NCBI RefSeq assembly: GCF_006345805.1
Contig: NC_042999.1
Coordinates: forward strand, 51,708,001 to 51,772,000
Reading direction: 5' to 3'
Length of the DNA: 64,000 nt
Origin: Octopus sinensis
Taxonomy: Eukaryota
The first letter of the stretch is position 1. Each line of letters begins with the position of its first letter. The notes under the pieces are model-generated. The model was given only the letters and a program-made list of their open reading frames with translations. It was not told where the DNA came from and did not search any database. Below are positions 41,563 to 55,279 of this stretch, piece by piece. The position numbers and the translations under genes are program-made.

Positions 41563-41582
41563 ATATGCATATATGTATATGT

Positions 41583-41630
<48 letters not shown>

Positions 41631-41645
41631 TATATGTGTGCATGT

Positions 41646-41708
<63 letters not shown>

Positions 41709-41904
41709 CATATATATGTGCATGTATACAAGAATTCTATAATTATGAGCATAATTATAATTAGGGTTCAGCAAAATTTGCTTCATCACATACCGAAATT
41801 TAGAAATAGCAGTTAAAATACTATTCTACTACCATCAGATATCCCCCAGACAGCAATACTCTACAACTCATGCAGGTATCATTATGTATATGCATGTGTG
41901 CGTG

Positions 41905-41974
<70 letters not shown>

Positions 41975-41979
41975 ATATT

Positions 41980-42015
<36 letters not shown>

Positions 42016-42026
42016 ATATATATATA

Positions 42027-42070
<44 letters not shown>

Positions 42071-42073
42071 TAT

Positions 42074-42128
<55 letters not shown>

Positions 42129-42135
42129 AATGCAT
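41465..42135. repeat. (TA)n-dominated tracts
   Basis: Direct. Confidence 0.9.
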
Positions 42136-43009
42136 ACATATCCTATGTAGGGGCATCGATTCAATGGCTGATTCAGAAAAATAGTAATGTGTAAATTATT
42201 AACTAACAAAGCTGGCTAAGACGCACTATAAATCCAAAAAGAAGAATTTCAGTTGTCACTAATAGAGACTGAGGGTGCTAGAAATAAGAGTCAAAGACCT
42301 TTATAATCACAAACACATACACACAGAGAAACACACATGCATACATGAGAGAATTAGTGATATGTAACCAAGAAAGACACATGGCACTGACAGAAACACA
42401 CCAAATCAAGCACACACATACACGCACACACACACATTCACACACGCATATCATACATAAGACACACATAATAGATACATAATGTATGTATATATGTATG
42501 TATCTGTATGTGTGTGTGTGTGTATGTGTTGTTTTTTTGTCTATATATAATATAATTTTTTTGTCTATATATAATATAATTTTTCGCTATCAACTCTGTT
42601 TTATAATCTCAGTTTTTTTTTTTTTGGAGGGGGGGTATTAGGACTAATTAGATCTTCGACACCTTTATCCATATAACATAGTTGTTGTCACGATTCTTTC
42701 CGCTATGTTCGTCTGCAAATTGTATGTCTACTGTCGTGAGAACTATTTAAAAGAACCTTGAGCGCTTGTTTCATAATCATTTCCCCATTCCACCTCCTCC
42801 GACACCTCCAATCACATCCACGCACATTATGTCATTATCAGATTTTTGACGACTCATTCGAAATGCTAGCAACATCTTCCTACTTTTCCTAGCTCAGCTT
42901 CTTGCTTCATTTAACTTCCAATTTATATTGCTAAAACCATGATTATGGAGGCACTACATATATCCATATTCATTTCATCCGTTTACCTTATGTTGTTGTG
43001 GTTACTGTT

Positions 43010-43067
43010 GTCATCATCATCATCATCATCATGATCATCGTCGTCGTCGTTGTTGTTGTTATTATTA

Positions 43068-43125
<58 letters not shown>

Positions 43126-43139
43126 CATCATCATTATTA

Positions 43140-43193
<54 letters not shown>

Positions 43194-43215
43194 CATTTTT
43201 AATACTATTATTATT
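43010..43215. repeat. (CAT)/(TAT)n array
   Basis: Direct. Confidence 0.95.
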
Positions 43216-43374
43216 TCCACATTCAATATAATATTCATACTTTTCTGTAATTTATTCTTAAAAGTCTCCAGTTCATCGACTTTGTGGCAATAAACGAAAT
43301 TATTATTATTATTGTTGTTGTTATTCCGAAAAAAAATCTCGGATAGTTCTTAATTACCGGTTATTCTTTACTTG

Positions 43375-44410
43375 AAAGCAAACAATAACAAATCACCAAA
43401 GAGTTCAAGTGGTGTCTTCTCCGGTGACTCAAAGAGACAATACTCTCCTTAGAATGCGAGCTGTGTCCAACAATGCTGTCTTCTGGATCACTTCGAGCCT
43501 GACATCTCCAATATTCTTAATATGTTTTTCAAAGCCATTGGTAACTGCTCCTAATGCTCCAGTTACCACCGGTATCACCATTTCTTTCTTTATGCCCCAT
43601 AGCTTTCCTATCTCGTCCCACTACATGGCCTTGCTTTTTGCTTTTTGAGCCAAAAAATTAACTAACTAACTAACTAACTAACTATGGCTGGTATTTGTCA
43701 CTCTTTTCTGTTTCCTTGCCTTAAATCCACGAGTCACCTGGTATTGCAGCATCTATTATCTTTGCTTCTTTTTCATCTTTATGGATGGTCACAATATCTG
43801 GATGCCTCGCCTCTATGACTTGGTCGCACTGTATTTTGAAATCCCAGAGTATTTTGTAGTGTTCATTTTCCATTATTCCCTCTGGCTTGTGTTCATACCA
43901 CTGTTCGGCTCTCTCGAGGTTTGCTTTACCTCACAACAGCCACTGGACATATCTGGCCACATTGTCGTGTCTTTTTTTATATTCACGTTGTGAGAGCTTA
44001 CAGCACTCACTAACAATATGGTTTATACTTTCTCCATTCACAGAGAACATCCTACACTGTGGCGTGTCAGTGCTTTTATCAATGTAATATTTGGAGTAGT
44101 TTGTTCTGACAGCTTGTTCTTGAGCGCTGCACACTAATGCCTCAGTGGGCCCTTTTAAGTCTCCCCTCTGCGGCCTTTGGCAGGTTCTATTCCAATCAGT
44201 CTCATGTCTATTCTTCAAGAACTGACTATAAATTTTCTTGTCCTGCCAATTCTTCTTCATCTGCTCTCGCTGGTCTTTCTTAAATTGTGTTTCATCTACA
44301 GCTTCGTTTACTTTTAAGGTTCCCTGCATTTTCACTGTTTCAATCATTTCTTCTTTACTACTCATAATATACCAAGCCAGGCTATTCTCCCCTTCCCTTA
44401 CACATATACC
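43375..44410 (-). mobile_element. 5'-truncated R4/Dong-type LINE (CCHC plus RLE), decayed
   Basis: TEALVCSAQEQAVRTNY, CRMF..GESINHIVSEC..Y..RHDNVA, ARHPDIV, VIPVVTGALG, KTALLDTARILRRVLSL; (AAT)n downstream of the 3' end. Confidence 0.9.
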
Positions 44411-44413
44411 CAC

Positions 44414-44508
44414 GGGCATATGACGTAGTGGTTAAAAGCGCGGGCTACTAACCCCAAGATTCCGAGTTCGATTCCAAGCAATGACCAGAATAATAATAAT
44501 AATGATGC

Positions 44509-44553
<45 letters not shown>

Positions 44554-44570
44554 TAATAATGATAATAATG

Positions 44571-44628
<58 letters not shown>

Positions 44629-44780
44629 CATCGAAAAATAGGAATGAGAAGCCAGGTTCGAAATTTCCCCAAGACCCCTGATGAAGGCTGGAGGGTATAT
44701 CACCGAAATGTCGTGTTAACGACAAACATGATGAGGACAAATGTCCATCAAATGTAAATAATGTAAATAACGTACACCAA
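44414..44780 (+). mobile_element. tRNA-like head, (AAT)n and HHR-bearing tail (composite SINE-like element)
   Basis: A box TGACGTAGTGG (44421), B box GTTCGATTCC (44466), (AAT)n 44490-44625, HHR 44673-44717. Confidence 0.7.
44673..44717 (+). ncRNA. Minimal type-I HHR, degenerate copy
   Basis: GACCC-CTGATGA-A-GGCTG(GAGGGTATAT)CA-CC-GAAA-TG-TC-GTGTT; core intact, stems carry mismatches. Confidence 0.55.
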
Positions 44781-44843
44781 TCTCTGTCCTCCTTTCCTCT
44801 TTACATGCAGTTTTGACACATCACTCTTGGGGTGTAGTTCCTT

Positions 44844-44899
<56 letters not shown>

Positions 44900-46333
44900 T
44901 TATTATTATTATCATTATTATTATCATCATTATTATTATTATTATTATTGTTGTTGACACTGTTATCATTATTTCTATGTCTGTAAGAAGCCGGGTTATA
45001 CGTCTTAATTCTTTAGTTCAGGGCTTAAACTTGCAATTAGTTCCATGAGAATGTACGATCTAGAATTTTTAAAGGGGAGATGGTCACCCTGCCTCCGTTG
45101 CCCTCTTTTCAGGGCCTCCAAAACTGCGATGAAGTGAACCTCAGACTGAGGCACCATTAATCTTCAGAGAGCCCCTTTCTTTCCGGTTCTCCTTCTCCCC
45201 TCTCCCTTCTCTTCCACATCTATCCCCTCTTCTGTCTGTTCATACTTTATATACTCTAAATATTAGTTCCACGATATGATTACACGTATCATTTCGTCAT
45301 TCTGTGCGTTCCAAACATATTCTGTTGTTCTCAGAATTAACAGATACATAGACGGTTCATTGTTTGCTTAAGTTGTCCCCTCTTCTATCTGTGCTCTCTC
45401 AACGTGATTTTATGATACTGAGGTCATTATCCATTCCTGACGCAATGAATGTTAGAAATCTTATTAACTTCATTTAGTTAATTAGAACTATTTCTTATAA
45501 TTTCCAGATATTTCTACTGTATTTCATATACGTCTGCCAATTATCCCATTCCAGCAAGCTCTGGTGGGCCTGTTTGTTCAATAACATTAAGTATTTGTTA
45601 GTTCACCTTTACTTATACTTGTATATCTTATTTTCGTTCAGCTCGATATTCATCGATTTTTTCTGGAAATTACAAGTTTTGTATTAATTTCTTGCAACTG
45701 GACGACATAAAAGAGAATCATTGAAAGCAACCAAATTGATGTATGTCAAATACAGGAGTCGATTCCTAGAGTTGTAGTTTTCCATAGTAATCGTGAAAAA
45801 GGTAGGGAAAATATTGAAAGTTTGCTGAAAGGAAATGGGGTTATAAAAGTGCCTTGAATCTACTCGAAGGAAAATATATATAACCTGTTTTCTTAGGGAT
45901 ACTTGACGAAACTAATGTTCGTCATACATTTAGATTTTTTTCTTCTGCTAGTTGATATATTTTGCGTGATTATTCTTGGTGTTGCTCTATTTATTGGTTT
46001 TTGCTTATCGATATCCAGAAATATGCCTCCTGTCAATATCTCTAAGTAATTAATTGGTGCCGTACAGCTTGTTGCTACAAACAAATATTTACACCAATCT
46101 GCTGAATCTGCTGAATCCTGTGATTCTGTTGTGTGTGATTTAAAAAAAAAATCCTGGATGAATAGAGACAACAAACGCATTTCTCTTCGGTTTCCGAACT
46201 TCCACACTTCTGGCGAGTAACAGTCAGTCCCATATCGTATCACTTCACTTCACTAATCGAGCTTCTGCTATTCATTTCTCTGCTCTCAACCTATCGCTCT
46301 CTTTCTCTCTCTCTCTCTCCTTCAATATCCTAA

Positions 46334-46396
<63 letters not shown>

Positions 46397-46666
46397 TACA
46401 GACACACGCACACACACAAACAAACACATACACACAAACACCAATGATAATTTTACAAACGCACGCGCACACAGGCATACATATACACATACACTCACTC
46501 GCACGCATACGTGTGCACGTAAATATATATTATTGGTTGCTCGTTGACAGATAATGGTGTTTCGATCCTACTTGATCATTCTCACGGATAAGTTGTAAAT
46601 AATATCACTCGACTAACACACTTTACTTAGAAAATGCATCCATCGCTGATATGTACGTACATACAA

Positions 46667-46741
<75 letters not shown>

Positions 46742-46887
46742 TTATCACTCTCCATCTCTCTTTCCCACCTGTTTCTCTATCTTCATCCCGTTTCTCTGTG
46801 TGTGTTGTATATATTATAATATATATATCTATATATATATATAAATATATAGAGAGAGAGAGAGAGAGAAAGAGAGACCTTTCCAGC

Positions 46888-46987
46888 NNNNNNNNNNNNN
46901 NNNNNNNNNNNNNNNNNNNNNNNNNNNNNNNNNNNNNNNNNNNNNNNNNNNNNNNNNNNNNNNNNNNNNNNNNNNNNNNNNNNNNNN
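46888..46987. other. Assembly gap (100 N)
   Basis: Direct; lies within an (AG)n tract. Confidence 1.
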
Positions 46988-47235
46988 GAGAGAGAGAGGA
47001 GAGAGAGAGAGAGAGAGAGAGGGGGAGACACACTCACACATATCTATTGTTGGCGAGTGATTAATGTGATTCTTGCTTCTGTTATCTTCTGCTCAGTGTC
47101 ATATACATACTGGCAAATAAAAAAAAAAATGACCTACACACAAAGTTTTGTGTATATCTATGAGCGTATGTGAGTACATATGAATATAAATATGCACATA
47201 TCTATCATAACTATACGTATATATGTATATATACA

Positions 47236-47296
<61 letters not shown>

Positions 47297-47362
47297 CATA
47301 TATATATACACATACATATATATACATGCATAGAGACATATATGTAAATATATATATATATA

Positions 47363-47775
47363 GGCGCAGGAGTGGCTGTGTGGTAAGTAGCTTGCTAACC
47401 AACCACATGGTTCCGGGTTCAGTCCCACTGTGTGGCACCTTGGGCAAGTGTCTTCTGCTATAGCCCCGGGCGGACCAAAGCCTTGTGAGTGGATTTGGTA
47501 GACGGAAACTGAAAGAAGCCTGTCGTATATATGTATATATATATATATATATATGTATGTTTGTGTGTCTGTGTTTGTCTCCCTAGCATTGCTTGACAAC
47601 CGATGCTGGTGTGTTTACGTCCCCGTCATTTAGCGGTTCGGCAAAAGAGACCGATAGAATAAGTACTGGACTTACAAAGAATAAGTCCCGGGGTCGATTT
47701 CCTCGACTAAAGGCGGTGCTCCAGCATGGCCGCAGTCAAATGACTGAAACAAGTAAAAGAGTAAAAGAGTAAAGA
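47363..47775 (+). mobile_element. SINE family A, full length
   Basis: Close to 11260-11660; tail (GTAAAAGA)n. Confidence 0.92.
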
Positions 47776-48192
47776 GTATATATATATATATATATATATA
47801 CATATATATATACACATATGTGTATCTATACATATGTGTGTGTGAGTGTGTGTGTGTGTAGCATTATAGTGTACAGCCATATCCTTGTCTAATGTTTTTG
47901 TTAGAAAATATTATCTTCCTCTTTCGTATTTTCTTGTCTCATACATATCCAATGTCGAGTTGTCTATTTAACAAACAGACAGTTTCCCCTCACGTATTCA
48001 CCGAGGAATTACTTCGATTCTGTAAAACCACACGAAATCTGTCCTCCACCGTTGAAACAGCGGAAGTATATTGCACAGTATACTCTTGCTTACTATATTC
48101 CAGCCAAAATTGTCTTTGTCATGGATGGAGTGCAATTGCTACTTATCTGTTTCCCTGTTCACTTGGCAATGGTATACATATATTGCATGTGC

Positions 48193-48278
<86 letters not shown>

Positions 48279-48450
48279 ATGTATATATATACACATACAT
48301 ATATATACATTTAAAAAAAACCCACCTTTTATCAATTCAAAATGAACAGTTAAATTACACCATCTAGAACATTTAGTATTTAGTATTTGATTTAGTATTT
48401 CTAAATTGAATTTTTCCCTGTAAGTTAGGAATGATATTCCCTCAAATAAT

Positions 48451-48512
<62 letters not shown>

Positions 48513-48513
48513 T

Positions 48514-48548
<35 letters not shown>

Positions 48549-49214
48549 AGAGAGAAACTTATATTTAGATAAACAAGTATATGTATGTATATATAGTATA
48601 TATTCAGTTCAGGATGTAGAAGCGCACAGTATAAATCTCGTCTAGACTCGCATAGCCACGAAAGACAGAAGGGATATGGTCGAAGCCAAAAATTTGAGTT
48701 TACGGCACACAGAAGCAATATTTATTTAGCACCTGATGAAACACAAGATCTCACAATGCAGGGAAAAGGTTACATAACCAAATACCTGCAAACCTGGAGA
48801 ACTAAGTTACATGCAAACAACTGAAATGATTACAAATGAATACTCGTCTGTACTCCTTCATGTTGACTCCAACTTATATCCAATAATGTATACATATGTA
48901 TTCGGGCACATTCAAACATATGTATGTATGTAAGAAAGTGCATCGATTGATACACGCATATACATGTATCATATATAAGTGACAAACTTAGAGACACATG
49001 ATAACGATACACTATCTGTCCTCAAGTCAAGCATAGTGTCTCTTTCTCACCGCCCATAGGAGAAAGCATCCCCTGGAGAAAGATATTGCTTTCTACGCCC
49101 GAAGAATGATATTGAGTAAAGACAGAAATTTCACGAAAATATTCGTAGACATAATTTATTGAATTATATTATACTGCACAATACATACATACATACATAC
49201 ATACATACATACAT

Positions 49215-49670
49215 GCATCCTACGCTGAACTATTGAAGAATCTGCAGTTACTCTATCCAGATTAAAAGTTCAGGTTTATACCTGTAATTATTGAAGACCT
49301 GGGATATGTAACACACTGCATAAATACTAATCTTCAGAAATTAGGCTTCTGAAGACTAGAAAGGAGAAAGCTAATTCGAAGACTACAGATCGAATCCATC
49401 ACTGGAACTGTAATAATGTGTAAAACTTTCTAGAATTTTATCATTTAAATATATATGAGCATGTCTAGACATTCAAATATATGCATGAGAATACATACAT
49501 AATGCAAAACATAGAAATATGCACACATAAATACATACACTCATATATACAAACGAAAATACCCTGTTGTTGATGTTGAAAACGCAATGAAGGAGCCTTG
49601 GATCTAAGTTAGAAACCGGCTCTTTCTCTACTGGCAAGAACTCTTGAAATAAAACTGAGCAATGACGTGC
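49215..49670 (+). mobile_element. 3' end (RLE C-terminus plus 3'UTR) of the (TACA)n-associated R4/Dong LINE
   Basis: Homologous to 3440-3650; (TACA)n on both sides. Confidence 0.85.
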
Positions 49671-49679
49671 ATACATACA

Positions 49680-49714
<35 letters not shown>

Positions 49715-49719
49715 TAGGC

Positions 49720-50090
49720 AAAAATAGTTAACAAAGCCAAGGCTGTGAGGAGTTTTCAGGACACTTATAAGGAAAGAGATGTAGTCTTACAGCTGTGTCT
49801 GGTATATTATGGATATCCCTTCATCAGAGACGATGTGAGAGAAGTAAATGTTTAAGTCCGAATTATTATGGAAAAGGAGGAGATAGGGAAAGTAGAGGGA
49901 AATAAGAGAATGAAAGTAGGAATAACATGAAATATTGTTGTTGCAGTTCCATTATTAGAGGAAAATGGTGTATAGAAGTGGTAAAAAAGTTTCTTGTACA
50001 TAGTACGTAAGTTCCTATAGTAGTTCGTTTTTAGTCATTTTAAAATATGGAGCCGTGGATTCTTTGTTGCTAATTCGAAGGGGTTTTATG
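49720..50090 (-). mobile_element. PLE-type terminal fragment with a mutated HHR (49784-49831; GAAA to GACA)
   Basis: Homologous to 15720-16025: GTCT-CTGATGA...GACA-CAGCTG-TA-AGAC. Confidence 0.6.
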
Positions 50091-50104
50091 GTATATATAT
50101 ATAT

Positions 50105-50360
50105 ATATATATTAAATTAGAGATAAAACCACTATTAGGCAAATCATACAATGAAAAACTTAAGCCAATACATAAGATTAATTAATTTATATTATTTCAA
50201 ATATATATCAAAATTATTAAAAAAGATAATTACTAATTATCTTTTTTTAATAATTTTGATACATATTTAAAATAATATAAATTAATTAATCTTATGTATT
50301 GGCTTAAGTTTTTCATTATATGATTTGCCTAATAGTGGTTTTATCTCTAATTTAATATAA
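50105..50360. repeat. AT-rich ~255-bp palindromic (MITE-like) element in TA context
   Basis: Arms are near-perfect reverse complements centred at ~50233. Confidence 0.85.
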
Positions 50361-50442
50361 TATAATATTTTACTATAAAATTGGATTCAATCCTAAAACT
50401 GATTTTTCCCTGTAAGTTTGGATTTATTCCCTAGTATTTTAT

Positions 50443-50508
<66 letters not shown>

Positions 50509-50511
<3 letters not shown>

Positions 50512-51033
50512 TAAATAAGCAACGATGATGTACAGATGTCAATTCATTACGGCCGTTTCAAATGACTCCTTGAATTGATTAATGAAAACATTACATCATT
50601 TGAAATAAACCGTTCTCGTAGGATGACCGCATAGACTTCAAACAAAAAGGATAAAACCACTGCTTTAACATATTCACATCAATACTGGAACTCAAAATAT
50701 TTACATCATTTCTGTTGTCATACCTCTGGCAGAATGAGCCTCTGGCAGAATGAGCCTCTGGCAGAATGAGCCTCTGGCAGAATGAGCCTCTGGCAGAGTG
50801 AGACTCATTCTGCCAGAGGTATGAAAACAGAAATTATGTAAATATTTTGAGTTCCAGTATTGATGTGAATATGTTAATGACAGTGGTTTTATCCTTTTTG
50901 TTTGAAGTCTATGCGGTCATCTGACAAGAACGGTTTCTTCCACACGGTGTAATGTTTGTATTAATCAATTAACGAAGTCGCTTGAAACGGCCGTAATGTA
51001 TTGACACCTATACATCTTCGTTACTCATTTATA
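50509..51033. repeat. ~525-bp imperfect palindrome with five 16-bp direct repeats at the apex
   Basis: CCTCTGGCAGAATGAG x5 (50723-50802, last copy variant) plus an inverted copy at 50804-50819. Confidence 0.9.
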
Positions 51034-51289
51034 TTTTACTCACCTACATAGGAATCTGCACTTCGGAGATACTGTAGACAGTATCTTTATATAAGTATGT
51101 GTCTGAACTACCGAGAGCTGATCTCTTCACTCAGCTGGGTTGCGTTGTCTGCACACATGACAGGGATATCAAGTGCAAACACTTCTTCACAGAGTTTTGA
51201 TATTCAATATTCAATAAATATTGTTCGGGTGTGCGGATTATACCGACCTAACAAAGTGCCTAAATTTAAATACTTCATTCAACGGAATC

Positions 51290-51381
<92 letters not shown>

Positions 51382-51394
51382 TATATATATTCTA

Positions 51395-51550
51395 TACTCT
51401 TTACTCTTTACTCTTTTACTTGTTACAGTCATTTGACTGCGGCCATGCTGGATCACCGCCTTTTGTCGAGCAAATCGACCCCGGGACTTATTCTTTGTAA
51501 GCCCAGTACTTATTCTATCGGTCACTTTTTGCCGAACCGCTAAGTAACGG
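51395..51550 (-). mobile_element. SINE family A, 3' half
   Basis: Homology to 47620-47775. Confidence 0.85.
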
Positions 51551-51559
51551 TTATTTCAG

Positions 51560-51990
51560 CGTTAGACTACATGGTCAAGCTGGGGCACTGCCAGTATCAT
51601 CACGCTTTTAATGGTCATTCTTATATAGCTGGCTTTTGGTGAATATGAGAATTTCACATTTCTAGCCTGCTTTGAGTTTCTTGCCGTTATGCTTGTTCAT
51701 GTTCGATCTTAGACAGCATGAGGTAAAATTGTTTCTTGAAAGCATCCGCCCCACAACCAATGTAAATTTCGCAGATCTTTTGGCAAGTCATTAAAGAGAG
51801 CCGTATGTCTTTGAATCCTCAAGCTGTTGCAGCATCTTGTGCTCATTCTAGATGCTATGGATGGAATCTTTGGAACAGTGATGTGACGTCCAGTGTAGAG
51901 GCTGGTATGACTCTCGATGCCAAAGTTTGGTACCAACGCACTAGTGATCTTCTATGTGCCTATTACTGCTTATCTCTCCCGTCTTTTCTC
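51560..51990 (-). mobile_element. CR1-like LINE 3' end
   Basis: ORF 51709 VPNFGIESHTSLYTGRHITVPKIP...CNSL...LFNDLPKDLRNLH. Confidence 0.75.
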
Positions 51991-52849
51991 CAGGGTTTAC
52001 TGCTAATCGGCCGTTGAGTCACTTTGTAAATTCTACCGATTATTCATAAAATGTATGTATACACACACACACATAAATTCCAGTTCCCTATTTGCGTCAC
52101 TAAACTTACATACATACAAACGCACACAAGCCACACATTAACACACATATACACATACACCACACATACACATACACACACACTCATACACACACATATA
52201 TATTCTTCAAGACTCTTAATAAAAGCCGTTAAAGGGTCATAACATCTGATTTAATGAGTAGTAAGAGGCTATAAATCCTGTTGCAATTCATGCACTGAAC
52301 AATCAATTTATAAAACGGACAATTATCCTGTCTATACAAAATAACCCTCCCCTCATCCCTTCGATTCGTGACTCTGATTTGTTTCCATTATCCAAATGGC
52401 TTCGTGTCGACTTGCCCAACTTACTGCAAATATTTTCAGAAGGTTCCACGTTCAATGAGCATATTATTTTTTACGCAATTCTGAAGAATCTTTTTCAACA
52501 TGTGTTATGTAGAAAACCCTAAATAGCGCAAGAAGATCAATAAATGATTCCAGAAATTATTGCATAATGATGAGCGATTTATTAAATCGAACATGACGAA
52601 ACGATTGTAAATTTAGGTAATAAAATGATTTTCTCATTCTATTTGGTTACATACGCACACACATATGTACATGTCTGTCTATCTATATGTTTATATTTAT
52701 GTATTATATCAAAACTTGGAACTCCGTTCTGAGTTTCGCCAACATGTGAGCAATTTACGACTGTTATGGAATAGCCAATCCAAGAGTGAAACTTAGTTTA
52801 CGTTATAATAAAATTTTGATCAATTAAATAGGCCATGTCATCGACCAAA

Positions 52850-53100
52850 CTATCAGATGTTGGTGCACATCACTGGTCACAATGCGCTTTGCATCGTTTT
52901 AGCCTTCGAAAGTCACCATCTAGTTGGCTAGGCGAGCAGACCGATATCCGCTCCCCAGATTGAAAAGGAGGACTGGAGTAGCATGAAATAACGTGTTTTG
53001 CTCAAAACCACAACGCACTGCCCGATCTGAGAATCAAACCCACTACCTAATAACTGGGAGTGTAGCACCCTAACGACTAGGCCACACACCTTCACATTTA
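52850..53100 (-). mobile_element. SINE family D-related, diverged
   Basis: GCATGAAATAACGTGTTTTGCTCAAAACCACAAC...GAATCAAACCC matches the family D head and core. Confidence 0.65.
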
Positions 53101-53276
53101 TTCTGACGCTATAGACATATCTGTACTGTCCACTCCAGCCGCTCTATTGTGCTCGATGGCAGGTAATGCTTGCACTGATTCTATATACCTTATAGCTTTC
53201 GGATTATGATATATCTATCTACATTCATATAATGTATATACATACTTATCTCTCTCTCTCTCTCTTTCTATCTATC

Positions 53277-53433
<157 letters not shown>

Positions 53434-53798
53434 TGCATCTGTGCCTGTATATGTATATATATATATATATTTATATATACACACACAAACACACACATGC
53501 ACAACACATGTATATACACACACACATATATACATACATACAAATATACACACTCATTCACTCAAAAATGTGTTTGTGTGTGTGTACATACATACACAGT
53601 CGGTCATATATGATCATGTATGTATGTATCTTTCCTAAGAAATTTATTGAGAGATTGTTTTTCTCAACTCAAACAGCACATATATACACCCACACATGTG
53701 CAACTATAACCACAAATTAAGGTGAGTTAGACTCTTCAATGGAAGAGAGAGGAGAGAGGGAGAGAGAGAGAAGAGAAGAGAGAGGGAAAAAGAGGGAA

Positions 53799-53834
<36 letters not shown>

Positions 53835-54159
53835 AAGAGAGACAGAAAATGTCCGAAGCGATTTCTATTATTGCTCAGAAAGATTTCTAATTCTGTTAAG
53901 GATGTTTAATTCTAATGTTTACCCGAATGAATATTTCTGAAGCCAGACATTTCGTTGTAAAGACTCGTCTCAGTCATCTCCTCCCTGCCCCCCCCGAGTC
54001 TTACACCAAACGGCCTTGAGATGTTACACATAAATAAGATTCACTATACTTGCACAATTCAGAGATGACCACATAAAGATATTCAATGTTGCAACAATGT
54101 AAGACATTGTAGGTTATTCATTTAGCAAGAGATTTTGATCTGCGACCGTTCATCGGGAG

Positions 54160-54290
54160 TAAAACCAGTGGTAAGAAGTTTGATTCCCATCCACATGGTT
54201 CCAGGTTCAGTCCTACTGCGTGGCACCTTGGGCAAGTATTTTCTTCTAAAGCTTGTGAGTGGATTAGGTAGACGGAAACTGAAAATCTCT
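54160..54290 (+). mobile_element. SINE family A, 5' fragment
   Basis: CACATGGTTCCAGGTTCAGTCCTACTGCGTGGCACCTTGGGCAAG. Confidence 0.8.
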
Positions 54291-54478
54291 CAAAGCTTTT
54301 GACTCAACCTCGTACATATATAGAAGTAATGTTTATCGCCATATCAATATCGCTAATCCGTACGGATCAACATTACTACCGCATTTAACCCCAAGAGGAT
54401 TATCGACGTAATCTGCACCCGATATATATTGCAATCAGGGGAGCAAACTCTTATCATCATCCAGCAGTCGACGGAATT

Positions 54479-54523
54479 ACCAGACCGTACTGTTTCGGGA
54501 TATTTGTGCCCATCTTCAGTGGT
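54479..54523 (-). ncRNA. Minimal type-I HHR
   Basis: ACCA-CTGAAGA-T-GGG(CACAAATAT)CCC-GAAA-CAGTACGG-TC-TGGT; stem III near-palindromic. Confidence 0.75.
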
Positions 54524-54966
54524 GAGCACACCCGTCCGTTAGAGATAGCAGTGATTCACTCCCTTATTTGCAATATACAGTATACCGGGTTCAGATTACA
54601 TCTATAAGCAGCTGGAGGAGGCTCCTCCCGCGGTTAAAAACAGTAGCAACGTCGACTCCAATGGAACAGCCATATTGATGTTGCGATAAACGCCCCTTCT
54701 CAGCAGAGTTCCTATTTTCCTCTCTTATAGAGATTTTCGAACTATATATACATACGAATGTAAACATTATAAAAATTATGAAATAATTAAGGTGGTTAGG
54801 TGCATTTTAATCCCAAAAAGAAATAATTTTCCGTAACTAAAAATGATCAAGGGTGCAGAGAGCACCAGCGTTGCTAGAAATAAGTGTCACAGGCTCTTTA
54901 GCCACAAGAAGCCATATGCTTATCTGAACTGACAAGGGAGACAACATTCCCACCCCCTCAACCGAG

Positions 54967-55048
<82 letters not shown>

Positions 55049-55220
55049 GGGGAAGAGCAGTTAAAGCCAAACACCATCGTGTTGAACGGCAGTTGTTTTT
55101 GACATTAAAAATAATTTCCGTTTATTTTATTTCATTTTTATTCAACACGATGGAGTTTGGCCTTAACAGTTCTTTCCCCCTGCCTTTGTCTCTCACTTTC
55201 TCTATTTCTCTCTCTCTCTT

Positions 55221-55279
<59 letters not shown>

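Noticed and set aside
45893-46243. 116-aa minus-strand ORF in unique DNA
   Set aside because: No motif, no splice support; the length is compatible with chance
46741-47030. ORFs spanning the N run
   Set aside because: Assembly gap artefact
50723-50819. 16-bp repeats as a CRISPR-like array
   Set aside because: No spacers, eukaryotic context, no cas genes
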